Shown here one piece after another: positions 20,460 through 29,767 of a stretch of DNA of 64,000 nucleotides (position 1 is the stretch's first letter; every line of letters starts with the position of its first letter). The stretch lies in contig CAVUDW010000003.1 of NCBI GenBank assembly GCA_963740355.1, positions 160,001-224,000 on the forward strand. The letters run 5' to 3'. Both the position numbers and the translations under genes were made by a program. The DNA comes from an uncultured Gemmatimonadaceae bacterium. GTDB lineage: Bacteria; Gemmatimonadota; Gemmatimonadetes; Gemmatimonadales; Gemmatimonadaceae. Under the pieces are notes generated by a model. The model was not told the DNA's origin. It searched no databases and was given only the letters and a program-made list of their open reading frames with translations.

Positions 20460-21238
20460 TCAACGTCGTCGACCTCTTCGTCTTCCACTCCGGCGAATCC
20501 AACGGCGTGGCCGAAGCCAGAACCAGGGAAGTCGTGGTCGGCGAGGAGCAGCCATCCTCCGTCTGGTTGCCGACGGCAGCTCGCAGTCATCGCGTGCCAC
20601 CCACGCCCACGCTCCTTCGCCAATTCCTGCTCGTCCAACGGCAACGCGGCGAGCCGCTGCTGATGCGCTTCCAAGTCACGCTGATCACGCGCCGATAGCT
20701 TCACGGGCATGGTCGCGGGCTGGAAGTCGAAGCGGTAGACGAGTGTCGCGATTGGCCCATCCATCCCCACGCATCCCAGAGCCTTCAAGGGTGTTTCTGG
20801 AAAAGCTTGTACTTCGCCGCCGACCAGCACTTCGGCGGGAAGGTGTCCGTCGGCCACCATCTGCTCCATCTGCCGACGACTGGACCGTCCATCGAGGAAT
20901 GCCGAGAAGACCTCGTCAGCGTTCATCGCGCGAAGCGCATCGATCGACGGTACACCAGGGAGCTGTCGAGATAGTTGGCCATGCCGATCAAGATGTGCAT
21001 TTCGCCGTTTCAGCTCGTACTCCGCCACCTCGATCGGCATGTCGGGCTCGTAACGACGAATCTCGTCCACAGTCTGCGGACGGTAATTGCTCGGACCGCT
21101 GAACTGCTCGATGAGTCCGCGCTGAAACGCTCGCAGGCTCACTGGGTCGCAGCACTTCGCGACACCCAGATAGTCGCCAGCGTTCTTGCGTTCGATCGCC
21201 ACTCGAAAGAGTTCGAGCGGATCCGAGAATGCAATCAC
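20456..21238 (-). CDS. Hypothetical protein
   Basis: Globular-looking ORF filling the gap, with an acidic C-terminus. GTG start is uncertain. Confidence 0.55.
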   Translation of the reverse strand: MIAFSDPLELFRVAIERKNAGDYLGVAKCCDPVSLRAFQRGLIEQFSGPSNYRPQTVDEIRRYEPDMPIEVAEYELKRRNAHLDRHGQLSRQLPGVPSIDALRAMNADEVFSAFLDGRSSRRQMEQMVADGHLPAEVLVGGEVQAFPETPLKALGCVGMDGPIATLVYRFDFQPATMPVKLSARDQRDLEAHQQRLAALPLDEQELAKERGRGWHAMTASCRRQPDGGWLLLADHDFPGSGFGHAVGFAGVEDEEVDDVD

Positions 21239-21324
21239 GCCCGTACCCCTCGGCGCAGTGTATTTAGAGCTAAAGTGAACTCTGAAATACTTACGACACG
21301 AAGGCAGTCGGCGCAATCCCGCTG

Positions 21325-22344
21325 CTACTTCACCCCCGCAATCACCCCATACAAATCCGTCGGATCCTTCAGGTCCGGGACCAGATCGATCTGCGCCGCA
21401 CCACCATCCCGCTGCGTCAGGTCGTACAGATACCTGAGCATCGAGAAGTCCTCGATCGCAAAGCCGACGGAATCGAAGATCGTGACGTCGCTGGCACTGG
21501 TGCGCCCAGGGGCACGCCCGGTCAGCACCTGCCACAACTCGGTCACCGCAAACTCGGCGGGCATCTGCTGCAACTCTCCCTCGATGCGCGACTGGGGCTC
21601 GAATTCGACGAAGACACGCGCCGCCTTCACCACCGCCGCTTCGAGCTCCGTCTTGCCTGGGCAATCGCCGCCGATCGCGTTCAGGTGCACACCGGGCACG
21701 ACGTGCTGCGGACCGAGCACTGCGGCCCGCTTCTTTGCGGCCGTGGCGGTGGTGATGATGTCGGCGCCCTGCACCGCGTCTTCCACCGACGAGGCCTGGA
21801 TCAACTCGAGGCCTGAACCGGCAAGGTTTCGCGCAAACTTCGCGTAGGCCGCCGGATTGATGTCGAACGCGCGGATGGTGCGCACCGGCGTCGCGGCCAG
21901 AAAGGCGAGTGCCTGAAATTCCGACTGCGCCCCCAAGCCGATCAGTGCCATCACCGTCGAATCGGGACGCGCGAGGTGGCGCGCCGCCATCGCTGACGTC
22001 GCGGCGGTACGCAGCGCGGTGCTCACGGTCATCTCGCTCAACAACAGCGGATAGCCGGTCGCGACATCGGCCAGTACACCGAGTCCCGTCACGGTCAGCT
22101 TGCCGACGGGTGCGTTCGCCGGATGGCCGTTCACGTACTTGAACGAATACAAGGTCGCATCCGATGTCGGCATCAACTCGATCACGCCCTGCGCCGAATG
22201 GCTCGCCAGTCGCGCGCTCTTCTCGAACTGCTCCCAGCGACGGAAGTCACTCTCGAGATACTCCACCAGGCCGGCCAGGAACGGCACCGGGCCGATGCGC
22301 GAAACGAGGCGGGCGACGGCCGGCACGTCGAGAAATTGCACCAT
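21325..22344 (-). CDS. ocd: Ornithine cyclodeaminase
   Basis: GVIELMP, FKYVNGHP, TALRTAATS, IGLGAQSEFQ, GGDCPGKTE, FDSVGFAIED. Confidence 0.92.
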   Translation of the reverse strand: MVQFLDVPAVARLVSRIGPVPFLAGLVEYLESDFRRWEQFEKSARLASHSAQGVIELMPTSDATLYSFKYVNGHPANAPVGKLTVTGLGVLADVATGYPLLLSEMTVSTALRTAATSAMAARHLARPDSTVMALIGLGAQSEFQALAFLAATPVRTIRAFDINPAAYAKFARNLAGSGLELIQASSVEDAVQGADIITTATAAKKRAAVLGPQHVVPGVHLNAIGGDCPGKTELEAAVVKAARVFVEFEPQSRIEGELQQMPAEFAVTELWQVLTGRAPGRTSASDVTIFDSVGFAIEDFSMLRYLYDLTQRDGGAAQIDLVPDLKDPTDLYGVIAGVK

Positions 22345-22456
22345 CAGAACGGAGCTCCAGTCGAACGGGACAGGGGACGCGGCGTGATTGGTCGCGTCCT
22401 GCAGTGTAATCGCGATATGTCAGACCAACTGCCTCGTCTCCATGACGAGCCGCCCG

Positions 22457-23131
22457 CTACCAGATCACAAGCACCGTGTCTGCAGTCGGGGCCGATTCGG
22501 CGCGCATCCGCGGCGCATCGGGCTCGGGCACGGTCGTGAATCGCCCCGGATCGGGAAGCGCCGCCCACGCCCATTCGGTGTGCGCCGGATTGGCCGGGTC
22601 GCGCCAACAGCTGGCGTCAGTCAGCGTGGGCCGACTGTGCGCTCGCAGCACCTCAGGCAGGGCCTTCCGCTGTGTCGCGATCAAGGCGGGACAGACCACC
22701 ACCCGGGTCACACTGTCACCAACACTCACGAATCGGAACGCCATGCGCGTGTAGGCGGCCTCGAATCGCACCGCCTCGCCGAGGCAGACCAGCAGGCTAT
22801 CCCGGCCACGGCCCTCGGTCTCACGACAGAACAGCTGTGCGCCAGTCATGGTCGCCCGCACCATCCGCAGGCTCGGCGTCGGACCGATCTGCTTCCGCAG
22901 CAGTCTCTCGGCGGTCGACGCCTCACGGGTTTTGGCGAACTCGACCGGAACTGTCGGCCGATTGTCGGGGATCTGCGCGATCAGTGCGATGGCCGAGGCG
23001 AGCAACGCGCTGACCCCGATCGGGATCGCGAGCCGACGACGCCGAGACACCGGGCGCAGGACCAGTGCCACCGCCGGCTCCTCCATAAACCACTGATTCG
23101 GATCCCGGGGCGGGCTGGAGAAGGCGACCAT
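22457..23131 (-). CDS. Hypothetical membrane-anchored protein with four cysteines
   Basis: RRRR followed by one TM helix, then a Cys-containing domain. Start uncertain. Confidence 0.5.
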   Translation of the reverse strand: MVAFSSPPRDPNQWFMEEPAVALVLRPVSRRRRLAIPIGVSALLASAIALIAQIPDNRPTVPVEFAKTREASTAERLLRKQIGPTPSLRMVRATMTGAQLFCRETEGRGRDSLLVCLGEAVRFEAAYTRMAFRFVSVGDSVTRVVVCPALIATQRKALPEVLRAHSRPTLTDASCWRDPANPAHTEWAWAALPDPGRFTTVPEPDAPRMRAESAPTADTVLVIW

Positions 23132-23175
23132 GGTCGGAATGTGCCTCGCGGCTCGAGCGGCCGATACTCCCCCCC

Positions 23176-24282
23176 ATGCGGTCTCCTGCGCCATACGTTT
23201 GCCTCGCCTTCGCGCTCGTCGGCCCCGCCACCCTGGCGGCGCAGGACCGTGCGCCACTCGTTGCCGGCCGCCCCGAAGCGGACTGGCGAGATGACCTCCG
23301 AAATCCGCAACCAATCGTGCGGCAGGCGGCCCTCGAGGCACTGGTGCAGTTCTCGGATGTCACCACCACCACGATCCTCTACCTCACGCCGCTGATCGGC
23401 GACCCGGATGTGGCCGTGCGCCGCACCGCGATTCGCGCAATCGGCCACGGTGGCAAGGCAGCGCGGAAGGCGTCCCCTGCCCTCTGGCGCGCCTGGCGCG
23501 ACGATGACCCGCTGGTCTCGGCCGACGCGGGCATCGCGCTGGTGCAGATCGGCGATGAGAACATCCGGCTCTTTCGCAATCGGCTCGGCGTCGGTGATGC
23601 ACGCGATCGTGCGCGCGCGGCAGCCGCCCTGGCAAACGCCGGTGTCGCCGCACGCAATGCGATCCATGCGTTGCGCGATCACGTGGGCGACGAAGACGCG
23701 CGCGTCCGCGGTGCGACACTCACCGCGCTGGTGGCGCTGGATGAGACGCCGGGAAAGAAGACGGCCACGTTGGTGGGCAAGAGTCTCGCGCGCGAACTGA
23801 GCGACTCGCCACAGTTGGATGGAAGTGATGCGATTGCGCGTGCGCGCTCGGCGCTCACGATCCTCACGCGGGCCGGCCGAAATGCCAGTGGGGCACAGCA
23901 GCCGCTGCAACTCATCCTCTGGGACGGGCCGGCGCCATTGCGCGCGAATGCCGCGCAGGTCTTGGGCAAGATGCCTGGTGACGGCGACAAGGCGCTCGTT
24001 CGTGCACTCGCCGCCGGCGACGAGCGTGTGCGCGAAGCTGCGCTGCTCGGTCTCCTCGCCGATCGGAGTCGTCGACGTCCGCTCCCCGCAGTGGTGGACT
24101 CGCTGCAGAAGATGGACCCGTCGGCGGACACCGCCCGCGCTCGTGTGTTCGTCGAGGCGCTCGGTTACGTGGGCACCAGAAGTCGGGGCCTCGATCGTGC
24201 GCTCAATCGCGCAGTGCAGCGTGCGCCGTCGCTCGGCCCCGCAGTGACGCTGGCGCGCCGTCGCCTGACGATCGGATTCTGA
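23176..24282 (+). CDS. HEAT-repeat protein with signal peptide
   Basis: Repeats DPDVAVRRTAIRAIG, DEDARVRGATLTAL, DERVREAALLGL. Confidence 0.8.
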   Translation: MRSPAPYVCLAFALVGPATLAAQDRAPLVAGRPEADWRDDLRNPQPIVRQAALEALVQFSDVTTTTILYLTPLIGDPDVAVRRTAIRAIGHGGKAARKASPALWRAWRDDDPLVSADAGIALVQIGDENIRLFRNRLGVGDARDRARAAAALANAGVAARNAIHALRDHVGDEDARVRGATLTALVALDETPGKKTATLVGKSLARELSDSPQLDGSDAIARARSALTILTRAGRNASGAQQPLQLILWDGPAPLRANAAQVLGKMPGDGDKALVRALAAGDERVREAALLGLLADRSRRRPLPAVVDSLQKMDPSADTARARVFVEALGYVGTRSRGLDRALNRAVQRAPSLGPAVTLARRRLTIGF

Positions 24283-24335
24283 TCCATTTGACGTGTGCCG
24301 TTGCCGCGGGCCCCATTACGGGGTAGCATCGCGGC

Positions 24336-25145
24336 ATGGTGATTGAGAAGCTGTCGACACACGAAAACGACGCGCGGGCTGACCCGCTCGCCCGCTTTCG
24401 CGCGCAGGACCTGGACGCGGCGATGGCCGACGCGACCCGCAAGCAGGGTGTCGTGACGCCGATGTTCGACGTCATCGCGCCACGCTACGATGCCTTCACG
24501 CGACTCTTCTCGTTCGGGATGGACGCCACGTGGAAGGCGGACCTGGTGGACGCCGTGGTCGCGCGAAGCGCCGCCGCCACCCGCGCACTCGATGTCGCAT
24601 GCGGCACAGGGGACATCGGGTTTGCCCTGGCGAGTCGCTTGCCATCGCTGCAGATGACAGGGGTCGACCCGTCAGCTGAAATGCTCACGATTGCGAGCAC
24701 CCGCATTCCCGCTGCTGACGCGACGCGTGTGCGGTTCCACCTCGGCGAGTTCGCGGCCCTGCCCGCCGAGTCGGCGAGCGTCGACGTGCTCACCGCGGGT
24801 TATGGCTTTCGCAATGTGCCGAACCTGGAAGCGGCGGTGCGTGAATGCGCTCGTGTCATCAAGCCAGGGGGGACGCTTGGATCACTCGACTTCTTCATCC
24901 CACACAATCGCCTCTGGCGTGCGCTGTTCCTCTGGTACCTGCGCACCGCAGGCAACGTCGTGGGCTGGTGGTGGCATCGCACGCCAGCAATTTACGGCTA
25001 CATCGCACGATCGATCGCGGCCTTCGTGACCGCCGAAGAGTTCACCGCACTGCTACAACGCAACGGCTTCCGGGTGATCGAAACACCACGCATGCTGTTC
25101 GGCGGCATCGCGCTTCACCTGGCCGTTCGCGAGGGAAATCCATGA
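24336..25145 (+). CDS. UbiE/MenG-family SAM-dependent methyltransferase
   Basis: MFDVIAPRYD..TRLFSFGMD..WK, LDVACGTGD, YGFRNV, RVIKPGG. Confidence 0.85.
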   Translation: MVIEKLSTHENDARADPLARFRAQDLDAAMADATRKQGVVTPMFDVIAPRYDAFTRLFSFGMDATWKADLVDAVVARSAAATRALDVACGTGDIGFALASRLPSLQMTGVDPSAEMLTIASTRIPAADATRVRFHLGEFAALPAESASVDVLTAGYGFRNVPNLEAAVRECARVIKPGGTLGSLDFFIPHNRLWRALFLWYLRTAGNVVGWWWHRTPAIYGYIARSIAAFVTAEEFTALLQRNGFRVIETPRMLFGGIALHLAVREGNP

Positions 25146-25822
25146 ATACGCTGGTCCTTGGTGCGAACGGCCCACTCGGGCTGGCGTGCATTCGCCAGGT
25201 GCTGTCTGGTGGCGCATCCGTCGTCGCGGCAGTGCAGGCGCCGCATCGCATTCCACCTGCCTTGCACGACCTGCGTGAAGAATTTCCCGCGCAGCTCACC
25301 TCAATCGCATGGCAGGCCGGCAAGTGGCCGGCGATACCTGCAGTCGAACGCGCGATCGTGGCAGAATTGCCGATCCCGCCAGCGCAGACAGACGAAGCAG
25401 ACGATCCTGTCGCGGATATCCGGGCGCTGACGATGGACGCCGCACTGGCCGAGTTGCGTGCCCTGCTCGCGCCGACGCTGGCGGCGATTCAGTTGATCTC
25501 GATCGTGCGACCGCAACGCGTGCTCATCCAGGCCAGCTGGCTCGGATCGATCGAGGAGAAGATCCGCGGCGGCGGCTACGCGCTGAGCGTTGCCTACGCC
25601 GCCCAGCTGATGCTCGTGCGCACCGCAGCGCTGGACCTGCACCGCGCCGGAATCGCGACCGTCGTCGGAAACGCGGGCCGCTACAAACTCGACATGGCTG
25701 GCCCAGGCTTCCACGCCGACGTCGACGACGTCGCCCGCGGCCTGATTGGCGTGCTCGACAATTGTCAGTCAGGGTCGGAGCCGGAGTACCGGGACTGGCG
25801 AGGCAACGTGCGGCGCTGGTAG
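25142..25822 (+). CDS. Degenerate short-chain dehydrogenase (CsgA/C-factor-like)
   Basis: LVLGANGPLG, SWLGSI...GGGYALSVAYAA, terminal YRDWRG..RW. ATGA-coupled to the methyltransferase. Confidence 0.6.
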   Translation: MNTLVLGANGPLGLACIRQVLSGGASVVAAVQAPHRIPPALHDLREEFPAQLTSIAWQAGKWPAIPAVERAIVAELPIPPAQTDEADDPVADIRALTMDAALAELRALLAPTLAAIQLISIVRPQRVLIQASWLGSIEEKIRGGGYALSVAYAAQLMLVRTAALDLHRAGIATVVGNAGRYKLDMAGPGFHADVDDVARGLIGVLDNCQSGSEPEYRDWRGNVRRW

Positions 25823-25922
25823 CACTGCGCCGCTCACGGTCCAGCTCGGCAGAGTGAACATTCGGCGGTAAACAGCCGATCCTTTCCCGGATGGACCGCC
25901 CGTTTCCCACTGTGCCACGCCG

Positions 25923-27017
25923 ATGAACATTCCGCCCCTGCAGGGGACGGGGGCCGGTATGCCGCCGTTCCGCGTGCCGGTGCTGACTGCGCCGATCAGC
26001 ACCGGCGTACCACCGCTCATCGGTGACGACGAACTGGCCGGTGTGCCGCTGGGCGCACCGAGTGCCCCGCCTGGCGGGAGCGCGCGGCAGGACCCGCCGA
26101 TCTCCCTGGCGGGACGTCTCGATACCGGCAACGTCCTGCCGGAAACCACCAAGCTCGCGCTCGCGCTCGAATCGGCGACGCGCGCACTGCAGCACGGGCG
26201 CGTCGATCAGGTGCTGACGGAGCTGGACGCGGTCTGGTCCAACCAGCTGGCATCCGACTCGCCATGGTACCTGCGGACCGCGGCGCTCCAGGTGCTGGGT
26301 CGACTCGGCGATGCCGAGCAGGTGATGCGCGATGCGATCGAACGACTGCCCCGCTCTGCCGCGCTGCTGTATCTGCTCGGCGTCCATACGGCGTTTCGCG
26401 GCCAGCCCGACGCGGCGCGGCTGGCGAACGATCATGCCCTCGCGCTCCATCCGGCGGAGCCGCTGCTCTGGTTGCAACGTGCGGCGCTCGCTGAGCGTGG
26501 ATCGATGGCGGACGGCGCGGCCGCGATGCTGGCCCATGTGGAAGCGATGGAGCCAGCCTTTCCCGCGTCGCAGTGGCTCGCGACGCTGATGCGCCTGGGC
26601 GAGGGATCGGCGCGCACACCGACGCCGGTGATGCAGCGCGCGATCGCGCGGCTCACGCCGTCATCGATTCCGGTCGTCAGCGACCAACCGACCGCAACGC
26701 CGCCATCGGCATTGCCCATTCCCCCGTCGGTGCTCGAGCATGCCGTGCGATATGGGCTCACGCTGCTCGAGTCACCGACCCAGAGCGCACGCACCGCGAC
26801 GCAGGCATCATCAGCGAGCAGTCGTTCCGGGAACTACGCGGGCATCATCACCGGCCCTGCGCCATTGCCGCCGGTGCGCGCCGAGCTCCCGTCGTGGGAC
26901 ACCCTGATTCTCGCGGCGGGCGTGATCGTGATCGTCGTCATACCGCCGCTGCGGATTCCGGCCATGATGATCTGTGGTGCCTGCGCCATGTTGATCATCG
27001 CGCGCAAGCTGCGCTGA
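25923..27017 (+). CDS. TPR-repeat protein with C-terminal TM hairpin
   Basis: Helical repeats PWYLRTAALQVLGRLGDA, LLYLLG..., ALALHP. Hydrophobic C-terminus. Confidence 0.65.
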   Translation: MNIPPLQGTGAGMPPFRVPVLTAPISTGVPPLIGDDELAGVPLGAPSAPPGGSARQDPPISLAGRLDTGNVLPETTKLALALESATRALQHGRVDQVLTELDAVWSNQLASDSPWYLRTAALQVLGRLGDAEQVMRDAIERLPRSAALLYLLGVHTAFRGQPDAARLANDHALALHPAEPLLWLQRAALAERGSMADGAAAMLAHVEAMEPAFPASQWLATLMRLGEGSARTPTPVMQRAIARLTPSSIPVVSDQPTATPPSALPIPPSVLEHAVRYGLTLLESPTQSARTATQASSASSRSGNYAGIITGPAPLPPVRAELPSWDTLILAAGVIVIVVIPPLRIPAMMICGACAMLIIARKLR

Positions 27018-27122
27018 CATGACAGTCGGCGTCCATCGCGACGCCGTCGGTCAATCGTTCGTGTATTCGGCCAGGTGATCTTTCGCCCGATCGGGCGTCG
27101 AACCGACGCGCCGCTGCAGCTG

Positions 27123-28358
27123 TCAGCGCGCGTGGTGCAGGCGGTGCGCCACGACCTTCACATGTGCGCGCTGCAGATGATAGAGTCCCGCGCCGTACAT
27201 CGCCGCGCCGACGGACAACACCGCCCGCACCAGCGACGCCCCTTCATAACCGAAGAAGCTGCGTGAGGTCTCGCTGGCGATCAGCGTCAGGCAGACCCAG
27301 AACAAGACACGTGAGCTCCCCGCGCGGAACGTTGTCTCGGCGCGGCCATTGAACTCGGCGATGATGTAGCCCAGTACCGTGGCCGCGATCCCGGCCTCCA
27401 GCAACGGCAATGACAGCGCATATCCGGCTTCGGACGATGGCATGCCGATGTGCACCAGTGGAAAGCTGCGGAAGCTGTGCCCAGGCCACACGCCGGCGCC
27501 GACGAAGTAGCAGACTATGAACGGGGATGCCGCGAACAGCGACGGTACCTCGAAGCGTCGCTCGACGAACATCGGTGCGGTCCAACGCCCACGCCACGAT
27601 GCGTATGCCGTGACGGCGACGATCGAGCCCAGTGCAATGCGCCAGTCGATGAAGACGGACGGCAACATCCCGATCGAGATCCAGGTTGCGGCGACGGTCG
27701 GCACGATCCACCAATCACGATCTGGCGTATGGGCACGAATCGCGCGGGCGATCGAGCCGATGATCGAGGCGCCCATCAGGCCAATGCAGAGCGTGAGGCC
27801 AAGTCGCGCGGGATCGTCCTGCGCGGCGGCGCCACTGGCCCACATCAACGGGATCATCAGGTAGACGAGTCCCATCAGCGGCAACTGCAACAGCATGGCA
27901 TTGAGCGTGTTGGCCGTGCCGTTGGCATCGACGTGCGCACGTTCACAAAGGTTCGCGCCGACGGTCGCGCCGGCGATCGCGCCAAGCAGGTCCCATGGCG
28001 AGGGCGAGTGTGATGCCTCGAACAGCTGCGCCGTCTCCAGGGCCAGGGCCAGCATCGCGGCCGACAAGGCGATCGAGATCAGGTGCTGGCCTCGCGCACC
28101 GGTCCGCGCGCGCCGCGTGAGAAAGCCGTATGGCACGAACATGGCCATCGTGGCGATCGTCCCCAGCGGTTTCAGGCCGAGGTCGAAGGCAAATTTCTCC
28201 GGGACCGCGAACTCGAATGGCAGCAGGAGCATGGCCGCGATCAGGACCACGAGATAGCTGAGCAGGGCGCGTGAAAGCTTCGCCCCGCTGTCGAGCGGCA
28301 CGGCGTGTTCATGCCCACGTTCGGAAACGTGGACCTCCTGCCCAATCGTGGTGGCCAT
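27123..28358 (-). CDS. VanZ-like domain integral membrane protein
   Basis: LLPFEF, MFVPYGFL, LETAQLF...SPWDL. Many TM helices. Start uncertain. Confidence 0.6.
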   Translation of the reverse strand: MATTIGQEVHVSERGHEHAVPLDSGAKLSRALLSYLVVLIAAMLLLPFEFAVPEKFAFDLGLKPLGTIATMAMFVPYGFLTRRARTGARGQHLISIALSAAMLALALETAQLFEASHSPSPWDLLGAIAGATVGANLCERAHVDANGTANTLNAMLLQLPLMGLVYLMIPLMWASGAAAQDDPARLGLTLCIGLMGASIIGSIARAIRAHTPDRDWWIVPTVAATWISIGMLPSVFIDWRIALGSIVAVTAYASWRGRWTAPMFVERRFEVPSLFAASPFIVCYFVGAGVWPGHSFRSFPLVHIGMPSSEAGYALSLPLLEAGIAATVLGYIIAEFNGRAETTFRAGSSRVLFWVCLTLIASETSRSFFGYEGASLVRAVLSVGAAMYGAGLYHLQRAHVKVVAHRLHHAR

Positions 28359-28460
28359 GGAAGCCAATGTCGGCGAATCATGCGATTACTTGAGCACGCC
28401 ATATTGCGCCGGGTGGGCCAGGAATTTCTGTTTCTCACCGGCCACCCCTCATCTTTCCGT

Positions 28461-28955
28461 ATGCCCAACGCCTCCGTGGTGCTCCGCACCGCCACCGAAA
28501 CAGACGTTCCCGACATCCTCGCCCTCATCGAGGCGCTGGCCGACTACGAGCGCCTTCGTGACGCCTGTGTGGCCACGGAGGAGTTGCTGCGCGCGACACT
28601 CTTCGGCGCGGCGCCGAAGGCCGAGGTGATCATCGCGGAAAGTGATGGCGTGGTGGCTGGATTTGCCCTGTTCTGCAGCAACTACTCCACGTTCCTCGCG
28701 CAGCCTGGCATCTGGCTCGAGGACCTCTTCGTGCGTCCAGAGTTTCGCGGTCACGGCATCGGCCGATCGCTGCTGGCACACCTCGCGCGGCTGGCGGTCG
28801 AGCGCAACTGTGGTCGCGTCGAATGGGCCGTGCTCGACTGGAACACGCCGTCCATCGGCTTTTACGAATCACTCGGCGCCCGCGGCATGACGGAGTGGAC
28901 GACATTCCGTCTGACCGGCGACGCCATGCACACTCTCGCCTCGAGCGACGCATGA
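28461..28955 (+). CDS. GNAT acetyltransferase, spermidine/spermine N-acetyltransferase-like
   Basis: LADYE, YSTF, WLEDLFV, RGHGIG, VLDWNTPSIGFY. Confidence 0.88.
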   Translation: MPNASVVLRTATETDVPDILALIEALADYERLRDACVATEELLRATLFGAAPKAEVIIAESDGVVAGFALFCSNYSTFLAQPGIWLEDLFVRPEFRGHGIGRSLLAHLARLAVERNCGRVEWAVLDWNTPSIGFYESLGARGMTEWTTFRLTGDAMHTLASSDA

Positions 28956-29539
28956 CCACACCGCTGCCCCCACACACGCCGAAACCGACCGCGCGTGAGC
29001 GCATCCCCCTGCCCAAGGCGGTCTCGGCCACCGAGCAGGACGTCAAGGCGATCGTGGCCCTCAACAATCAGTTCTCGGCCGATGGGCTGACGCTGCCGCG
29101 AACCGAGGAGTTCGTGGCCAACCATCTCAGCGACTACCGCATCGTGCGCGGCCCTGACGGCTCGCTGTGGGGCCAGGTGGCGCTGGACGAGTACTCGCCC
29201 TCCCTCTGTGAGCTTGTCTCGCTGGCGGTGGCACCAGCGGCGCAGGGCAAGGGTCTTGGCCGGCACCTGATCGCCGCCGCCGTCGATCTTGCCAACCGCC
29301 GCGGGTATCCGCAGCTCTTTGCCGTGTCGTTGGCGGACACGCTGTTTCTTGGTGCCGGCTTCCTGCAGCGTTCGATCGACGAATATCCCGAGAAGATCTG
29401 GCGCTACCGCGCGATTTCCCGGTCGGAGTTGTCGATCGGCAAGAAGTTTCTGTTCGTGCGTGACCTGCCACCGAAGCCAGCCCGCAAGCCGGCCAAGACA
29501 CGCTCCCGTCGGCCGCGGGTGCGCGGCACGCGGAAATAG
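28952..29539 (+). CDS. GNAT acetyltransferase, short ArgA-like
   Basis: TLPR, ELVSLAV, QGKGLG, FLGAGF, YPEKIW. ATGA-coupled to the previous GNAT. Confidence 0.7.
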   Translation: MTTPLPPHTPKPTARERIPLPKAVSATEQDVKAIVALNNQFSADGLTLPRTEEFVANHLSDYRIVRGPDGSLWGQVALDEYSPSLCELVSLAVAPAAQGKGLGRHLIAAAVDLANRRGYPQLFAVSLADTLFLGAGFLQRSIDEYPEKIWRYRAISRSELSIGKKFLFVRDLPPKPARKPAKTRSRRPRVRGTRK

Positions 29540-29628
29540 CGCGGTCGCAGGCGCGGCATCCTGACGAGACGCGTGGTGTGAGTGGCGGTGCGGCTGACTT
29601 TGGCCGGTTTACATCGGCGCCGCTGGTC

Positions 29629-29657
29629 TTGACTCCCTGCCTCGGGGTTCGTACCCT
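29629..29657 (+). promoter_or_regulatory. Putative sigma-70 promoter for riboswitch-metX
   Basis: TTGACT-N17-TACCCT, ending 17 nt before the aptamer. Confidence 0.55.
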
Positions 29658-29674
29658 CCGTTCACAACCGTCGA

Positions 29675-29722
29675 CGTGGTGATTTGCCGCCTGATTGCAG
29701 CCACGCTAAACAACTCGCTAAA
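29675..29722 (+). ncRNA. SAM-II (SAM_alpha) riboswitch
   Basis: CGTGGTGATTTG...TTGCAGCCACGCTAAACAACTCGCTAAA. P1 stem CGTGG/CCACG and the conserved UGAUUU, UUGC and GCUAAA elements. Directly upstream of metX. Confidence 0.85.
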
Positions 29723-29767
29723 ATGGACGCGCCTGGCGGCTTTCGATCGCACAGGCGCGCTGTGTTC

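Noticed and set aside
20006..21297. ACTTACG occurring at both ends of two hypothetical genes, as possible att sites
   Set aside because: Only 7 bp of identity and no integrase or transposase nearby, so compatible with chance.
25855..25882. TGAA-N16-GCCGATCC as a third sigma-28 promoter (TPR gene)
   Set aside because: Spacing and -35 element are off consensus, and there is no functional link to motility.
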